From the IMG/VR virus record IMGVR_UViG_3300020577_007794: a stretch of DNA of 64,000 bases; one strand, 5' to 3'. How positions within the stretch are numbered: position 1 is the stretch's first letter; every line of letters starts with the position of its first letter. Shown in pieces: positions 10,710 to 19,299 of the stretch. Under the pieces are notes generated by a model. The model was not told the origin of the DNA, made no database searches, and was given only the letters and a program-made list of their open reading frames with translations. A program made the translations under genes and the position numbers. The DNA comes from a virus. Taxonomy: Duplodnaviria; Caudoviricetes.

Positions 10710-11302
10710 TGCCTAGCGGCGACCCACTAATAGGTACTTCAGGCCAGCCCTCTATGGGTATTCCCCTACCTGGGGCAGTTTACACAGACCCTGCTAATAC
10801 TGTGCAGTATAGCGGTTTACAAGGTGTGTCTTCACAGCCTGTAACCCCTGCACAGCAAGTGGAATATGTTTCAATAATTGACACCAATCCTCCACCAGTG
10901 TTTGATAGGTTTAACACCCCAGCCAATGTTTTCGATGCCGTACTTCCAGCAATTGGATTTATAGGTGTGCATGAAGATACTGTTGGTGGTACAGACCCAG
11001 GTGCAGGAGATTCGTACACTAATCAAAGAGTTGTAGCTCATGATAATTTGTTTGTACGAAGTAATTTCAGGTTCCGAGGTAGCAGAGATTCCACTAAGTT
11101 TTTAAGCTTCCTGCAAAAAGCAGCGGGTTCCATTTTAAGAACTTCGAATAATCTCGAGATTCAAGATATAGCTCTGACCCAATCAGAGGAACTAGTGTAT
11201 CCAACTAATGAAGATATTAGTAGTTTCTACAATATTACAGCCCAGGCTTCCTTTCATGAGTGGAAGAGGTTAAGAAAAATAAACGCAAGTTGGTTAGTTT
11301 AA
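10697..11302 (+). CDS. putative virion protein, paralogue of 10194..10709
   Basis: Same C-terminal domain behind a Pro-rich N-terminus; the ATG at 10709 may be the true start. Confidence 0.6.
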   Translation: MAYLMPSGDPLIGTSGQPSMGIPLPGAVYTDPANTVQYSGLQGVSSQPVTPAQQVEYVSIIDTNPPPVFDRFNTPANVFDAVLPAIGFIGVHEDTVGGTDPGAGDSYTNQRVVAHDNLFVRSNFRFRGSRDSTKFLSFLQKAAGSILRTSNNLEIQDIALTQSEELVYPTNEDISSFYNITAQASFHEWKRLRKINASWLV

Positions 11303-11305
11303 GCA

Positions 11306-12403
11306 ATGAATAGCTCAGATAAATTTTCAAGAAAGCTAGAGACAACATCCTTTACTGTTGAGAGTGCAGACGCACCTAAGGTAAAGTCTGGTGGGTCCTC
11401 TTCCAGCAATGTTATTAACAGGTATCACGAGGCAGTAGCTAAGGATGTTGCAGGACTTGCGTTAGCCACTAACCAACTTAGTGATAAAGCATCTAGAATA
11501 TCTAACGCTGTAGCTGCGCAGAGCGGTGCCCTATCCAGTAATCTTAGTACGCTAAGTGGAAGGTTGGATGCATTGGCGTCTGGTTCTACTTTACTTTTAG
11601 CTACACTATTTGATAACAAGTACATATCTACATCTGGGAGTGACACAACAGCAGAAGTTAATTCTCTTTTTGGTCAAGCAACTCTACCTATACGTTCACA
11701 GGTTAATCTTCTTACTCAACAAAATGTGCAAGATGATTACATAGTCTCATCGGAAGTGAGGCTATCGTATTCTTATGAAGCTAACCCTGATCAGTTCCAG
11801 TTTACAGAAAGTAATGAAGGGATTGCTATGCTTCTAAGAAAACAGGCATGGATGGGGAGATCCGATCAACCTGTTTGGATTAAGTTGACTGCACCACTAC
11901 AATACTTAGGCCTCCCTGCCAATATGATAGAGATATACCCTATGCCAGCATTTAATTGCGCAATTAGCGATCTCTCATACCAATTAGCTGGTGCTGGCCC
12001 AGGAAGCACATGGTACGACGTAGACTGCTCATACCTTCCAAACTATAACCCATCCTCCTTGTTAGGTGATAATGTTCTAGAGATGATTGGTCCTGTACGA
12101 GCAGCCTTACCAGTTGTACCTATGGCTCAAATTAGATTTAGATTACATCCTTCTTCTGGTGTAAACTGGGGTCTTTTTGATTTAAGAGTTCTTAGTGTGG
12201 AGTTTGAACAAACTGGTGTACTAACTCTTATTAATCCGTACAACTCTACTGGTTTTTCATCTGCAACAATAAGAGGTAAAGATCCGTCAGATCTAGCTCA
12301 ATTAACAACTAGTACAACATTGAATAAGTTTAGAATTGACCTATCTAGTACTTCCTCACAAACTTCTCCAATAATCACTGGGGCTTTACTCTCATTATCT
12401 TAA
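11306..12403 (+). CDS. putative virion structural protein
   Basis: 365 aa; N-terminal G..SS...N......D helix/coil then beta-rich region; C-terminal SPII like neighbours. Confidence 0.5.
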   Translation: MNSSDKFSRKLETTSFTVESADAPKVKSGGSSSSNVINRYHEAVAKDVAGLALATNQLSDKASRISNAVAAQSGALSSNLSTLSGRLDALASGSTLLLATLFDNKYISTSGSDTTAEVNSLFGQATLPIRSQVNLLTQQNVQDDYIVSSEVRLSYSYEANPDQFQFTESNEGIAMLLRKQAWMGRSDQPVWIKLTAPLQYLGLPANMIEIYPMPAFNCAISDLSYQLAGAGPGSTWYDVDCSYLPNYNPSSLLGDNVLEMIGPVRAALPVVPMAQIRFRLHPSSGVNWGLFDLRVLSVEFEQTGVLTLINPYNSTGFSSATIRGKDPSDLAQLTTSTTLNKFRIDLSSTSSQTSPIITGALLSLS

Positions 12404-12421
12404 TTTTATGTGGTACTATAT

Positions 12422-12449
12422 CCTTGTTAATCGTATAATATTAACGGGG
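12422..12449 (+). promoter_or_regulatory. TATAAT -10 box (12434-12439) inside a small inverted repeat upstream of the sigma-like gene
   Basis: ccttgttaat-cgTATAAT-attaacgggg in the first sizeable intergenic gap of the window. Confidence 0.45.
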
Positions 12450-12453
12450 CTAT

Positions 12454-13065
12454 ATGGTTGCTACAGAAAATACTACAATAATTAATGACTCTACTGAATT
12501 AGCAAAAGCTGTAATTGCATTTAGAGAATCGAATGATGGGAAATCCCTCCATGCTACTCTTGCAAAAATGGTTTACACTGCTTTTTCAAAACAAGGCTAT
12601 AATCTTACAAAATTAAGAAGGGAAGAAAGAGAAGATCTAGTCTCTGATATGGTGGAATTTGCTCTTGGAAAGCTTCATAAAAAAGTGGCTTCCCCTGAGG
12701 ATAGATCTTTCGAAGGTTTAAGGGCTTGGAATAAAAGTGCCTTTAACTTTTTGATGATCAGCCTTAACTACCAAATAATGTATGTCTACAGGCAGAAGAA
12801 GAAGAGAGCCCATCTTTTAGATAGAAACTCTCACAAGATACTGCTCTCTGCATCCCCAACCACAAGAGAGTATTACGACATTGAGAGTTCATCTGAGAAC
12901 TTGAAGACCCAATTTAGCAACCCGCTAGATGGTCAGGTTGCTATGCTTCTTGCCCAACAATACAGCAAAGTTGATATCTCAAGAGAACTAAATATTACAC
13001 TTAAAAAGGTATATGCCTCAATAGAGAGGATAAAAAAAGAGTTATCGGACAATATTGATATATAG
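12454..13065 (+). CDS. phage sigma factor (T4 gp55-like region 2 plus C-terminal region-4 HTH)
   Basis: EREDLVSD..E.AL..L / SAFNFL....YQI....RQKKK resembles gp55; QQYSKVDISRELNITLKKVYASIERIKKEL is an HTH. Confidence 0.65.
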   Translation: MVATENTTIINDSTELAKAVIAFRESNDGKSLHATLAKMVYTAFSKQGYNLTKLRREEREDLVSDMVEFALGKLHKKVASPEDRSFEGLRAWNKSAFNFLMISLNYQIMYVYRQKKKRAHLLDRNSHKILLSASPTTREYYDIESSSENLKTQFSNPLDGQVAMLLAQQYSKVDISRELNITLKKVYASIERIKKELSDNIDI

Positions 13066-13068
13066 ACC

Positions 13069-13416
13069 ATGGTTTCAATGTCTTTGAATGAGGCGGTTTC
13101 ATTATTTGTAACTGCGAAAAGCGAACCTGGAGACGAAGTAGTTATCTCCATTACGTATAACGGGGAAAGTAAGCCCCTTGTCTATTTAGATACTGCAAAG
13201 TTTTCTAGAGATACGGGAAAGACCGTGGAGTCGAGGCTAGACCTCACTCCCTACCTGCATGACAAATATAGGTGGAAGACAGAGATTCCCTCCGGTGGGG
13301 AAGTTTTGGATGGATACCATTCTTGGAGTGAGTATGTGAAGCAGTTCCTGCTTCCTGCAGTAGCAAGTGTCACCAATGCAGGTCTTAGAAAATTAAAGAA
13401 GGTAACCAAAATTTAA
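13069..13416 (+). CDS. hypothetical protein
   Basis: 115 aa ORF in operon. Confidence 0.6.
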   Translation: MVSMSLNEAVSLFVTAKSEPGDEVVISITYNGESKPLVYLDTAKFSRDTGKTVESRLDLTPYLHDKYRWKTEIPSGGEVLDGYHSWSEYVKQFLLPAVASVTNAGLRKLKKVTKI

Positions 13417-13880
13417 TGACAAATCCATTTTTCGACCACGATGAGGAGGAAGATATGAGACCACAACTTCCACCAGAAACATTAGTTATCAACGGTTCCA
13501 GGAAGTCAGGGCAGTATGTAGTAGTATCCCAAGCTGCGGAAAAAGATCCAGTCAGAGACGCTCTTATGCTAGAGGTCTTCCTATCGACCAACCTTCCAAA
13601 CAAAACTCTTGTCATCTTAGCAAAACTTCTAGCTGATAGAATGGCACAAAACGAACAGTTGATGGCCCAACTAACAAGAAAGCCACCTGAGGAGCCAAAG
13701 AAAGAGCAGGACTCCTACGGGTTCTCTCCACCACTAACTGATGAAGAAAAAGAGTTTCTCAAAGAGGTTGATGAAGTTATAAGGGAAGCCTTCGAACGAG
13801 AAAAATCAGATGAAACAAAACCACCTAAAAAGCGAGGTAGGAAGCCTAAAAAAGAAGGTGGAGAAACTAAAGAAGACTAA
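13416..13880 (+). CDS. hypothetical protein with basic AT-hook-like tail
   Basis: 154 aa; KKRGRKPKK near the C-terminus. Confidence 0.6.
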   Translation: MTNPFFDHDEEEDMRPQLPPETLVINGSRKSGQYVVVSQAAEKDPVRDALMLEVFLSTNLPNKTLVILAKLLADRMAQNEQLMAQLTRKPPEEPKKEQDSYGFSPPLTDEEKEFLKEVDEVIREAFEREKSDETKPPKKRGRKPKKEGGETKED

Positions 13881-14073
13881 ATCGGTATCTGGTAGTGGGG
13901 GACTCTCGTGGTCTCCCCCTAATGGTGGTGAACAGGTGACAATATTTGGGCAGACCTGCACAGTAATAACCAACCAATTATACCCCGACATGCTCATTAT
14001 ACTCACAGATAATGAAGTCCTAACTTTGAAGAAAGGATTCTACCCTTTACGAGAAAAAAGAAATTACTACTAG
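13810..14073 (+). CDS. hypothetical protein
   Basis: 87 aa; overlaps the tail of the previous gene and abuts groES. Confidence 0.45.
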   Translation: MKQNHLKSEVGSLKKKVEKLKKTKSVSGSGGLSWSPPNGGEQVTIFGQTCTVITNQLYPDMLIILTDNEVLTLKKGFYPLREKRNYY

Positions 14074-14074
14074 T

Positions 14075-14692
14075 ATGAAGTACAAACCACTTAATAACTA
14101 TCTATCCTTGAAAATGATAGACAAAGCAGAGCAGGATATTCTTGTTCCTGATCTCCTAGCTGCAGAGGATAGATGGGCAAATGTTTTAGAAGTAGGTGTA
14201 GGTGTTCCAGATATGAAAGGCAATCTTATAACTAGTTTGCTTGCTCCTGGAGATATTGCATATGTTATGGCACACGGTAGAGAGTTGGTCAGACTTAACT
14301 CTGCAGGGTTGGGGGAAGACATCTTCACAGCCAGTGAGCTCGATGTTATGTGCAAAGCCGAATTAGTTAAAGAAGAAGATAAGGAAGAAATTGTAGACGT
14401 GAAAATAGTTCCCCTTGGCATGTTTGTTGAGATTGAGAAGGTAGAACCACCGAAGCCCAGTGTTCTTATAGTAGAGAGTAAAGCAGTTCCACCAACAGTT
14501 GCTGTAGTAAAGTCTGTGGGTGTTGGCTGGAAAGACTTCTTCGGAAACGAAGTTAAGCACCAAGTTAAGCCTGGGGATAAAATTGTTTTCGATCCTTACA
14601 AGGCCATGGTGTTAGATCTAGCACCTTTAGGCATAAAAGAGAAAAGATACCTAATCCTTCATGGTGATATATGGGGCAAGGTAGAGGAATAA
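14075..14692 (+). CDS. groES: co-chaperonin with two tandem GroES/Cpn10 domains (Cpn20-like)
   Basis: Two repeats: KPL.N.....K...A.VL.VG.G..D.KG.....GD and VPLG.....K...AVV.SVG.G..D..G....VKPGDKIVF...YLI...DI.GKVE. Confidence 0.8.
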   Translation: MKYKPLNNYLSLKMIDKAEQDILVPDLLAAEDRWANVLEVGVGVPDMKGNLITSLLAPGDIAYVMAHGRELVRLNSAGLGEDIFTASELDVMCKAELVKEEDKEEIVDVKIVPLGMFVEIEKVEPPKPSVLIVESKAVPPTVAVVKSVGVGWKDFFGNEVKHQVKPGDKIVFDPYKAMVLDLAPLGIKEKRYLILHGDIWGKVEE

Positions 14693-14693
14693 G

Positions 14694-15119
14694 ATGAGAA
14701 GTTTAGACGAAATTTTAGCAGACTCAGCACGAGTCCAATACGAAGAAAAGTTGACCCAACTATTGGATGTCAATGAGTGGACGGAAGATAACAGAGACAC
14801 TAGGCTTTTAGATGCGTTTGCTGTTATTAAAGATATCAGTACTCTCTCAGAAAGTGTTGTGAAACAATCTCTCGAGACCCTTATTGAAGGTGAATCAGTT
14901 ATTGCACTCACAGTGAGAAAAGAACTTCTTTATGGCCTAATCACTTTCCTTCAGACAGTCAGATCTAACATTGATCTTATGCCGCAAGAAGAAGTTGATG
15001 CTTGTGCGTATAATTACACTTGGCTGAATGATAAGATAAGACTGCTCGTAGATGCGGTAAATGAACTAGAAAGGGATACGTCTAATGCTATGGCTGTTTC
15101 CCCAGTTGAGGATCTTTAA
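14694..15119 (+). CDS. hypothetical helical protein
   Basis: 141 aa ORF in operon. Confidence 0.6.
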   Translation: MRSLDEILADSARVQYEEKLTQLLDVNEWTEDNRDTRLLDAFAVIKDISTLSESVVKQSLETLIEGESVIALTVRKELLYGLITFLQTVRSNIDLMPQEEVDACAYNYTWLNDKIRLLVDAVNELERDTSNAMAVSPVEDL

Positions 15120-15553
15120 TGCAAGCCGGTAATGTAGCTAGGGGGTATCTGTATCCTAACAATATGACATCCAGGTGCCCTATGTATTCACAGTGCAAGG
15201 TGACAGGTAAATGTCAGAGTTATGACAAACACTCCCTTATTTGCACTGTTTGTGAGCAAAGAGTTAGACCAGCTGCATATCTTGGTGGCTTTCTCCCAGA
15301 AGGTGAATTTGAACCTGATATCCAACAAGCTATGGTTGTTATTCAAAATGCTATGAATGCACCTATGGCAACCCCAGACTCTGACGGACAGAGAGTTGCT
15401 CAAGTGGATATGGTGCAGCAGAAGAAGATAGAACAAGCAAACGCAGTTATGGATAGGATGATGGAAGCTGGTAAGATGACTCAAACTATGGAAGATGAGA
15501 TTATCAATGTTTCCCCAGAAATTGCTGCACAGCTAGAAGACTTGAGGTATTAA
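15119..15553 (+). CDS. hypothetical Cys-rich (metal-binding) protein
   Basis: CPMYSQC..GKC...ICTVC. Confidence 0.55.
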   Translation: MQAGNVARGYLYPNNMTSRCPMYSQCKVTGKCQSYDKHSLICTVCEQRVRPAAYLGGFLPEGEFEPDIQQAMVVIQNAMNAPMATPDSDGQRVAQVDMVQQKKIEQANAVMDRMMEAGKMTQTMEDEIINVSPEIAAQLEDLRY

Positions 15554-16008
15554 TGCCAGCCGGTAGACCAAAGAAAGCACAATCAGAAAAAGTTATACAC
15601 GAACCTAAGGTAGTTTCCAAGCCTATTATGATTAATGTAGGCTTTGACAACATGGTTATGACAGATCAGATTGTGGCTCTCCTTGATTACCGATCTATAC
15701 CAATGAGGGAATTAATCAAGTCCGCTTTATCAGAGCGACCTAGATCTGTCTTAAAAGTGACAAAGGGTAGGAGAGCTGTTACTCTCATAATCTTGACTGG
15801 GGATCGGTACGTCCTTTCCGCAATCCCCAGCAAGAAACTACAAAGCAGACTTGGATTGAATAATGAGGTAAGAGTTGCAGAAAGCAATATTGCACGGAAT
15901 GAAGCCAAAAAAGAAAGAGCCATGGCCAATAATCGAGATAATGGGGCCTCCGAACACGGGGAAGAAGATGATAGCCTCTCTGGTAGCCCAGAGACTGATG
16001 GGGCATAA
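15553..16008 (+). CDS. remA: RemA/DUF370 family regulator
   Basis: INVGFDNMV..DQIVAL....S.P...LI......VT.GRR..T.II......LSAI....L..RL matches the DUF370 consensus. Confidence 0.75.
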   Translation: MPAGRPKKAQSEKVIHEPKVVSKPIMINVGFDNMVMTDQIVALLDYRSIPMRELIKSALSERPRSVLKVTKGRRAVTLIILTGDRYVLSAIPSKKLQSRLGLNNEVRVAESNIARNEAKKERAMANNRDNGASEHGEEDDSLSGSPETDGA

Positions 16009-16543
16009 TCTCAGTTTACCCCTACTTGATTTTAACAGTATAACCGGGAGTGCTCTTATACACAGCATCTCTCAACACGCTCAAGACCTAGAAAAGAATC
16101 CCCATTGGTGGGCTCATATTTATGCCGCCAATATTCATGAGCAAGCACACAAACTCTCAGAGTTAGTTGAAACAGGCCCAGTAGTCACCAGCAATTATTA
16201 CCACTCATTTAGGGTCTGGATGAGGGCTGCTGGTATGAAAGATCTCTCTGGATTTTTCGGGCCACTGCCCCTTCCAAAACACACATTCCTTCTTCACGGA
16301 GCTTCCTATAAAACAAAGAGTGTGGAAGGTGATTTCTCCGAGGAGTTTTTGTTAAAGGTTAACCGGGGGATGATGGGACCGAGAACCGGAGCAACTACAA
16401 AAATTCTTCTGGAGCAATATTCAGATAAGGAGGCTTGGAAAGCTTTTAATTCTGCTGCTCAGGAAATCACCCAAGTTTTAGAGAAAAAGTACAAGCTTCC
16501 AGTAGATTACGGACAACTTTATACCCACCTGCTAAGGAATTAA
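15899..16543 (+). CDS. thymidylate-kinase-like P-loop nucleoside monophosphate kinase
   Basis: IEIMGPPNTGK P-loop; P....ITG..I, L/IYAAN..E, VVTSNYYHS (cf. DRY..S), P.P..T..L; the ATG at 15899 is preferred to the TTG at 15875. Confidence 0.65.
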   Translation: MKPKKKEPWPIIEIMGPPNTGKKMIASLVAQRLMGHNLSLPLLDFNSITGSALIHSISQHAQDLEKNPHWWAHIYAANIHEQAHKLSELVETGPVVTSNYYHSFRVWMRAAGMKDLSGFFGPLPLPKHTFLLHGASYKTKSVEGDFSEEFLLKVNRGMMGPRTGATTKILLEQYSDKEAWKAFNSAAQEITQVLEKKYKLPVDYGQLYTHLLRN

Positions 16544-16546
16544 TTA

Positions 16547-17284
16547 ATGAGCCTCCCTAAAGTATTAACAGCTACATTGCTTTGTGATAGAAAGAAGTAC
16601 TCACAAAATGTTGCCCCACCTGCCCTCTTCAAACTTAAATACCCTAACAATACTCTTTACTTCAATATAGAAACTGAGGACTATGATGCAAACTACCAAG
16701 ACCTCCAAAAAATGATAGAGGCAAACCCAGATAAGTCTGTTGAGATTGATACATGGAAGTTTCAAAGTACTTGGTGGAAGAAGCCAGCATTTGATCAAGA
16801 CCAAGCTAGATTGGTCCCAATATGTACAGCTAGGAATATGGCTATTGATTGTGCCAGTCTAACTGGCTGTGATTATCTGTTCTTTGTAGACGCTGATGTT
16901 ATTCCATCTGCGGATTCTATCGAGAGATTGATGGCCCACGATAGACCAATTGTATCTGGCACTGTACCTGGAAGGGGCGCACATAGCCATGGCAGCTACA
17001 TTTTCCACCCGAGAGGTTACCCTAAACCAAACGTAGTCAACACAGCTCACGCTACTTGTGGCTATACACTTATTAAGAGGGAAGTTTTTGAACTTCTTAG
17101 ATTCAGACAGGGGCCACACCCAATTCACAAAGAAACACACCTTTCAGAAGACCCAGCTTACGGGGCTGATATGGAATGTATCTGGAAGTTCTGCGACGGG
17201 TGGTGGGTAGATTTAAGCCTCCTGGCCGCGCATGTAGATAATTTAAATGATCCGCTAACACTTGATAAGGTGGCTCAGTTTTAA
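16547..17284 (+). CDS. GT-A fold (GT2-like) glycosyltransferase
   Basis: ARN...YLFFVDADV (DxD), G.TLIKREVFE, SED, D.SLLAAH. Confidence 0.8.
   Translation: MSLPKVLTATLLCDRKKYSQNVAPPALFKLKYPNNTLYFNIETEDYDANYQDLQKMIEANPDKSVEIDTWKFQSTWWKKPAFDQDQARLVPICTARNMAIDCASLTGCDYLFFVDADVIPSADSIERLMAHDRPIVSGTVPGRGAHSHGSYIFHPRGYPKPNVVNTAHATCGYTLIKREVFELLRFRQGPHPIHKETHLSEDPAYGADMECIWKFCDGWWVDLSLLAAHVDNLNDPLTLDKVAQF
17221..17284 (+). repeat. copy 1 of the duplicated GT 3' end
   Basis: cctggccgcgcatgtagat... encodes LAAHVDNLNDPLTLDKVAQF*; 64 bp. Confidence 0.8.
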
Positions 17285-18156
17285 TGATAATAGTTGAAAA
17301 AGTTCCAGATTGGTGTCCACACACCCCAGAGTTGGTATCTTCTAGTCTTTTTCCTGTTGAGGAAAAAAGAAAGTGTAGATGCGTTTGCCCCAATTGTGGT
17401 GAAGGTAGAGTCCTATCTAAGGACAACGTGATTAGATATGTTAGATTAGGTGAGTTCACTGGTTTATGCACAGCTTGCGCTAAAGCCTGCCACAGTGAAG
17501 CTACGGCATCCCTTCCAAACGTAATGGATTGGGATTTTTCTAAAGCACCTGATTGGGTTAAAAGATGGGCACCTTATATTGATGGATTAGAAGATAGGGC
17601 GAATTCTTTTAAAAAATCATTAGTTTTTTGGGGAGAAAGAGGGGGGAAACGAAGGCTTTGCATAAAGACTTCTTGTATTAGATGCAATAAAGAAAGGGTG
17701 CTAGTGTACAACGATATACAGCAGTGTATGCGGCGGGGACATTTTTCTTGTACTTGTGCTAAATGCTCCCTCCTACTGCGTTCATCTAGTCCTGGGGGCA
17801 AAATTATTTTGTCCAGTGGGTATTGTTACATACCTATGTCTGCAATACCAGAGGAACACATTCATCTAGTTCCAAAAGGAAAAATTAGGAGCGGTATTCT
17901 AGAACACAGATATGTTATGTCTATTCATTTAGGGAGACAACTTTTGAAAACCGAGCATGTCCACCATATGAACGGAGTGAAGGACGATAATAGAATTGAA
18001 AACTTAGAGTTATGGACAACCTCTCATCCATGCGGACAGAGAGTAGTGGATAAGATCAAGTGGGCAAAAGAGTTTCTTAAACAATATGAAGACCTAGCCG
18101 CGCATGTAGATGATCCATCCAACCCCCTAACGTGGGAAACAGCATCCCAATTCTAA
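17284..18156 (+). mobile_element. free-standing HNH homing endonuclease with Zn-ribbon repeats
   Basis: EHRYVM...LGRQL...EHVHHMNGVKDDNRIENLELW; CxxC pairs; flanked by a diverged duplication of the 3' end of the upstream GT gene. Confidence 0.85.
18093..18156 (+). repeat. copy 2 of the duplicated GT 3' end, now the tail of the HNH ORF
   Basis: cctagccgcgcatgtagat... encodes LAAHVDDPSNPLTWETASQF*; 64 bp; first 19 bp match copy 1 at 18 positions. Confidence 0.8.
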
Positions 18157-18157
18157 T

Positions 18158-18604
18158 ATGGGATTAGCGGACACAATATCAAAACTACTCTGTAACAAAA
18201 GATGGGATTACAGAGTAGATATTTGCTTAGAGAGAACTAAGTTTTTCGCTTGGGAATCCGATATCCTCATTCTCAACAAATCAAAACACCTTGAAGAGGT
18301 TGAGATTAAAGTCAGTGTCAGTGACTTTAAAAGGGATTTCAAAGATAAGAAGGCGAAACATGATAAGCTTTCAAGAGGGCTTACTCCTATAGCATATTTT
18401 TGGTTTGCTGTCCCCAACACAATAGCAAAAGAAGTTAAACCACTCCTTCCACCCTATGCCGGTTTACTAGTAATTAACATAGAGGGTTTTTACAATGTCA
18501 CTACATATGTACAAGCACCAAAACTGTCTGGTGGGAAAACTCAAGGATTGGCCATGGAGAATAAACTTCTTAAAAAGATATATAGAAAAATGTGGAGAAT
18601 GTAA
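18158..18604 (+). CDS. MmcB-like PD-(D/E)XK nuclease
   Basis: ESDIL...EVEIKVSVSDFKRD..K..KH...FWFAVP...P.YAGL. Confidence 0.7.
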   Translation: MGLADTISKLLCNKRWDYRVDICLERTKFFAWESDILILNKSKHLEEVEIKVSVSDFKRDFKDKKAKHDKLSRGLTPIAYFWFAVPNTIAKEVKPLLPPYAGLLVINIEGFYNVTTYVQAPKLSGGKTQGLAMENKLLKKIYRKMWRM

Positions 18605-19299
18605 TGAGAGAAAAGAAGATTGCAGCAGCCTGGTTAACGTACAACAGGCAAGATTTATCAGACTTTATGGAGAAGCAATTCTTGAAGAAAGAAATGCTGT
18701 CCAATGTAGATTTATTCGTTATTGATAATGGTTCTACCACACCTATTACAGCAGAGACAGCCACAGTTCTTAGGAAAGAAGAGAATGGCTTTTTCTCAGG
18801 TGGGTGGAACTGGGCTATGGAGAAGTTCATTGAACTGGGCTACGATTATGTTTGGATGATGAATGACGACATCCAAGGTGCCAGTTGTAAGAACATAGAA
18901 TCAATGCTCCACGTATTCGATGTTAGACCGGAAGCCATGGCTGTGACCCCAGCCTTCAATTCCCCTCACCACCCCTTCCACCCATCCGCTGGACTCAATG
19001 GTGACGGTAGAGAGGTTAAGTGGATTGATTGGTGCTGCCCGATGGTTAAGTGCATAGCGTGGGAATATGCTAAGGGATTTGATGAAAGATTAAAGGGGTA
19101 TGGTGCAGATCTTATTTTGTGTAGAGCAGCTAGGGAAATGGGATTTAAGTTTTATGTGGATGATTTATTCATTATCTATCACTTAGGTTCTCAGACAGCT
19201 AATTCTGAAGGTATGGTTCAGGAAATGTGCAACACCGGTGAGATGGATAGATTGTTAAAGGAATACTATAACGTTGACGCATGGTGGGAGCTTACATAA
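18604..19299 (+). CDS. GT2 family glycosyltransferase
   Basis: LTYNR, VIDNGS, EN.FFSGGWN, WMMNDD, GFDERL.GYG.D, H.GS.T; start taken at the TAATG overlap at 18604. Confidence 0.85.
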   Translation: MREKKIAAAWLTYNRQDLSDFMEKQFLKKEMLSNVDLFVIDNGSTTPITAETATVLRKEENGFFSGGWNWAMEKFIELGYDYVWMMNDDIQGASCKNIESMLHVFDVRPEAMAVTPAFNSPHHPFHPSAGLNGDGREVKWIDWCCPMVKCIAWEYAKGFDERLKGYGADLILCRAAREMGFKFYVDDLFIIYHLGSQTANSEGMVQEMCNTGEMDRLLKEYYNVDAWWELT

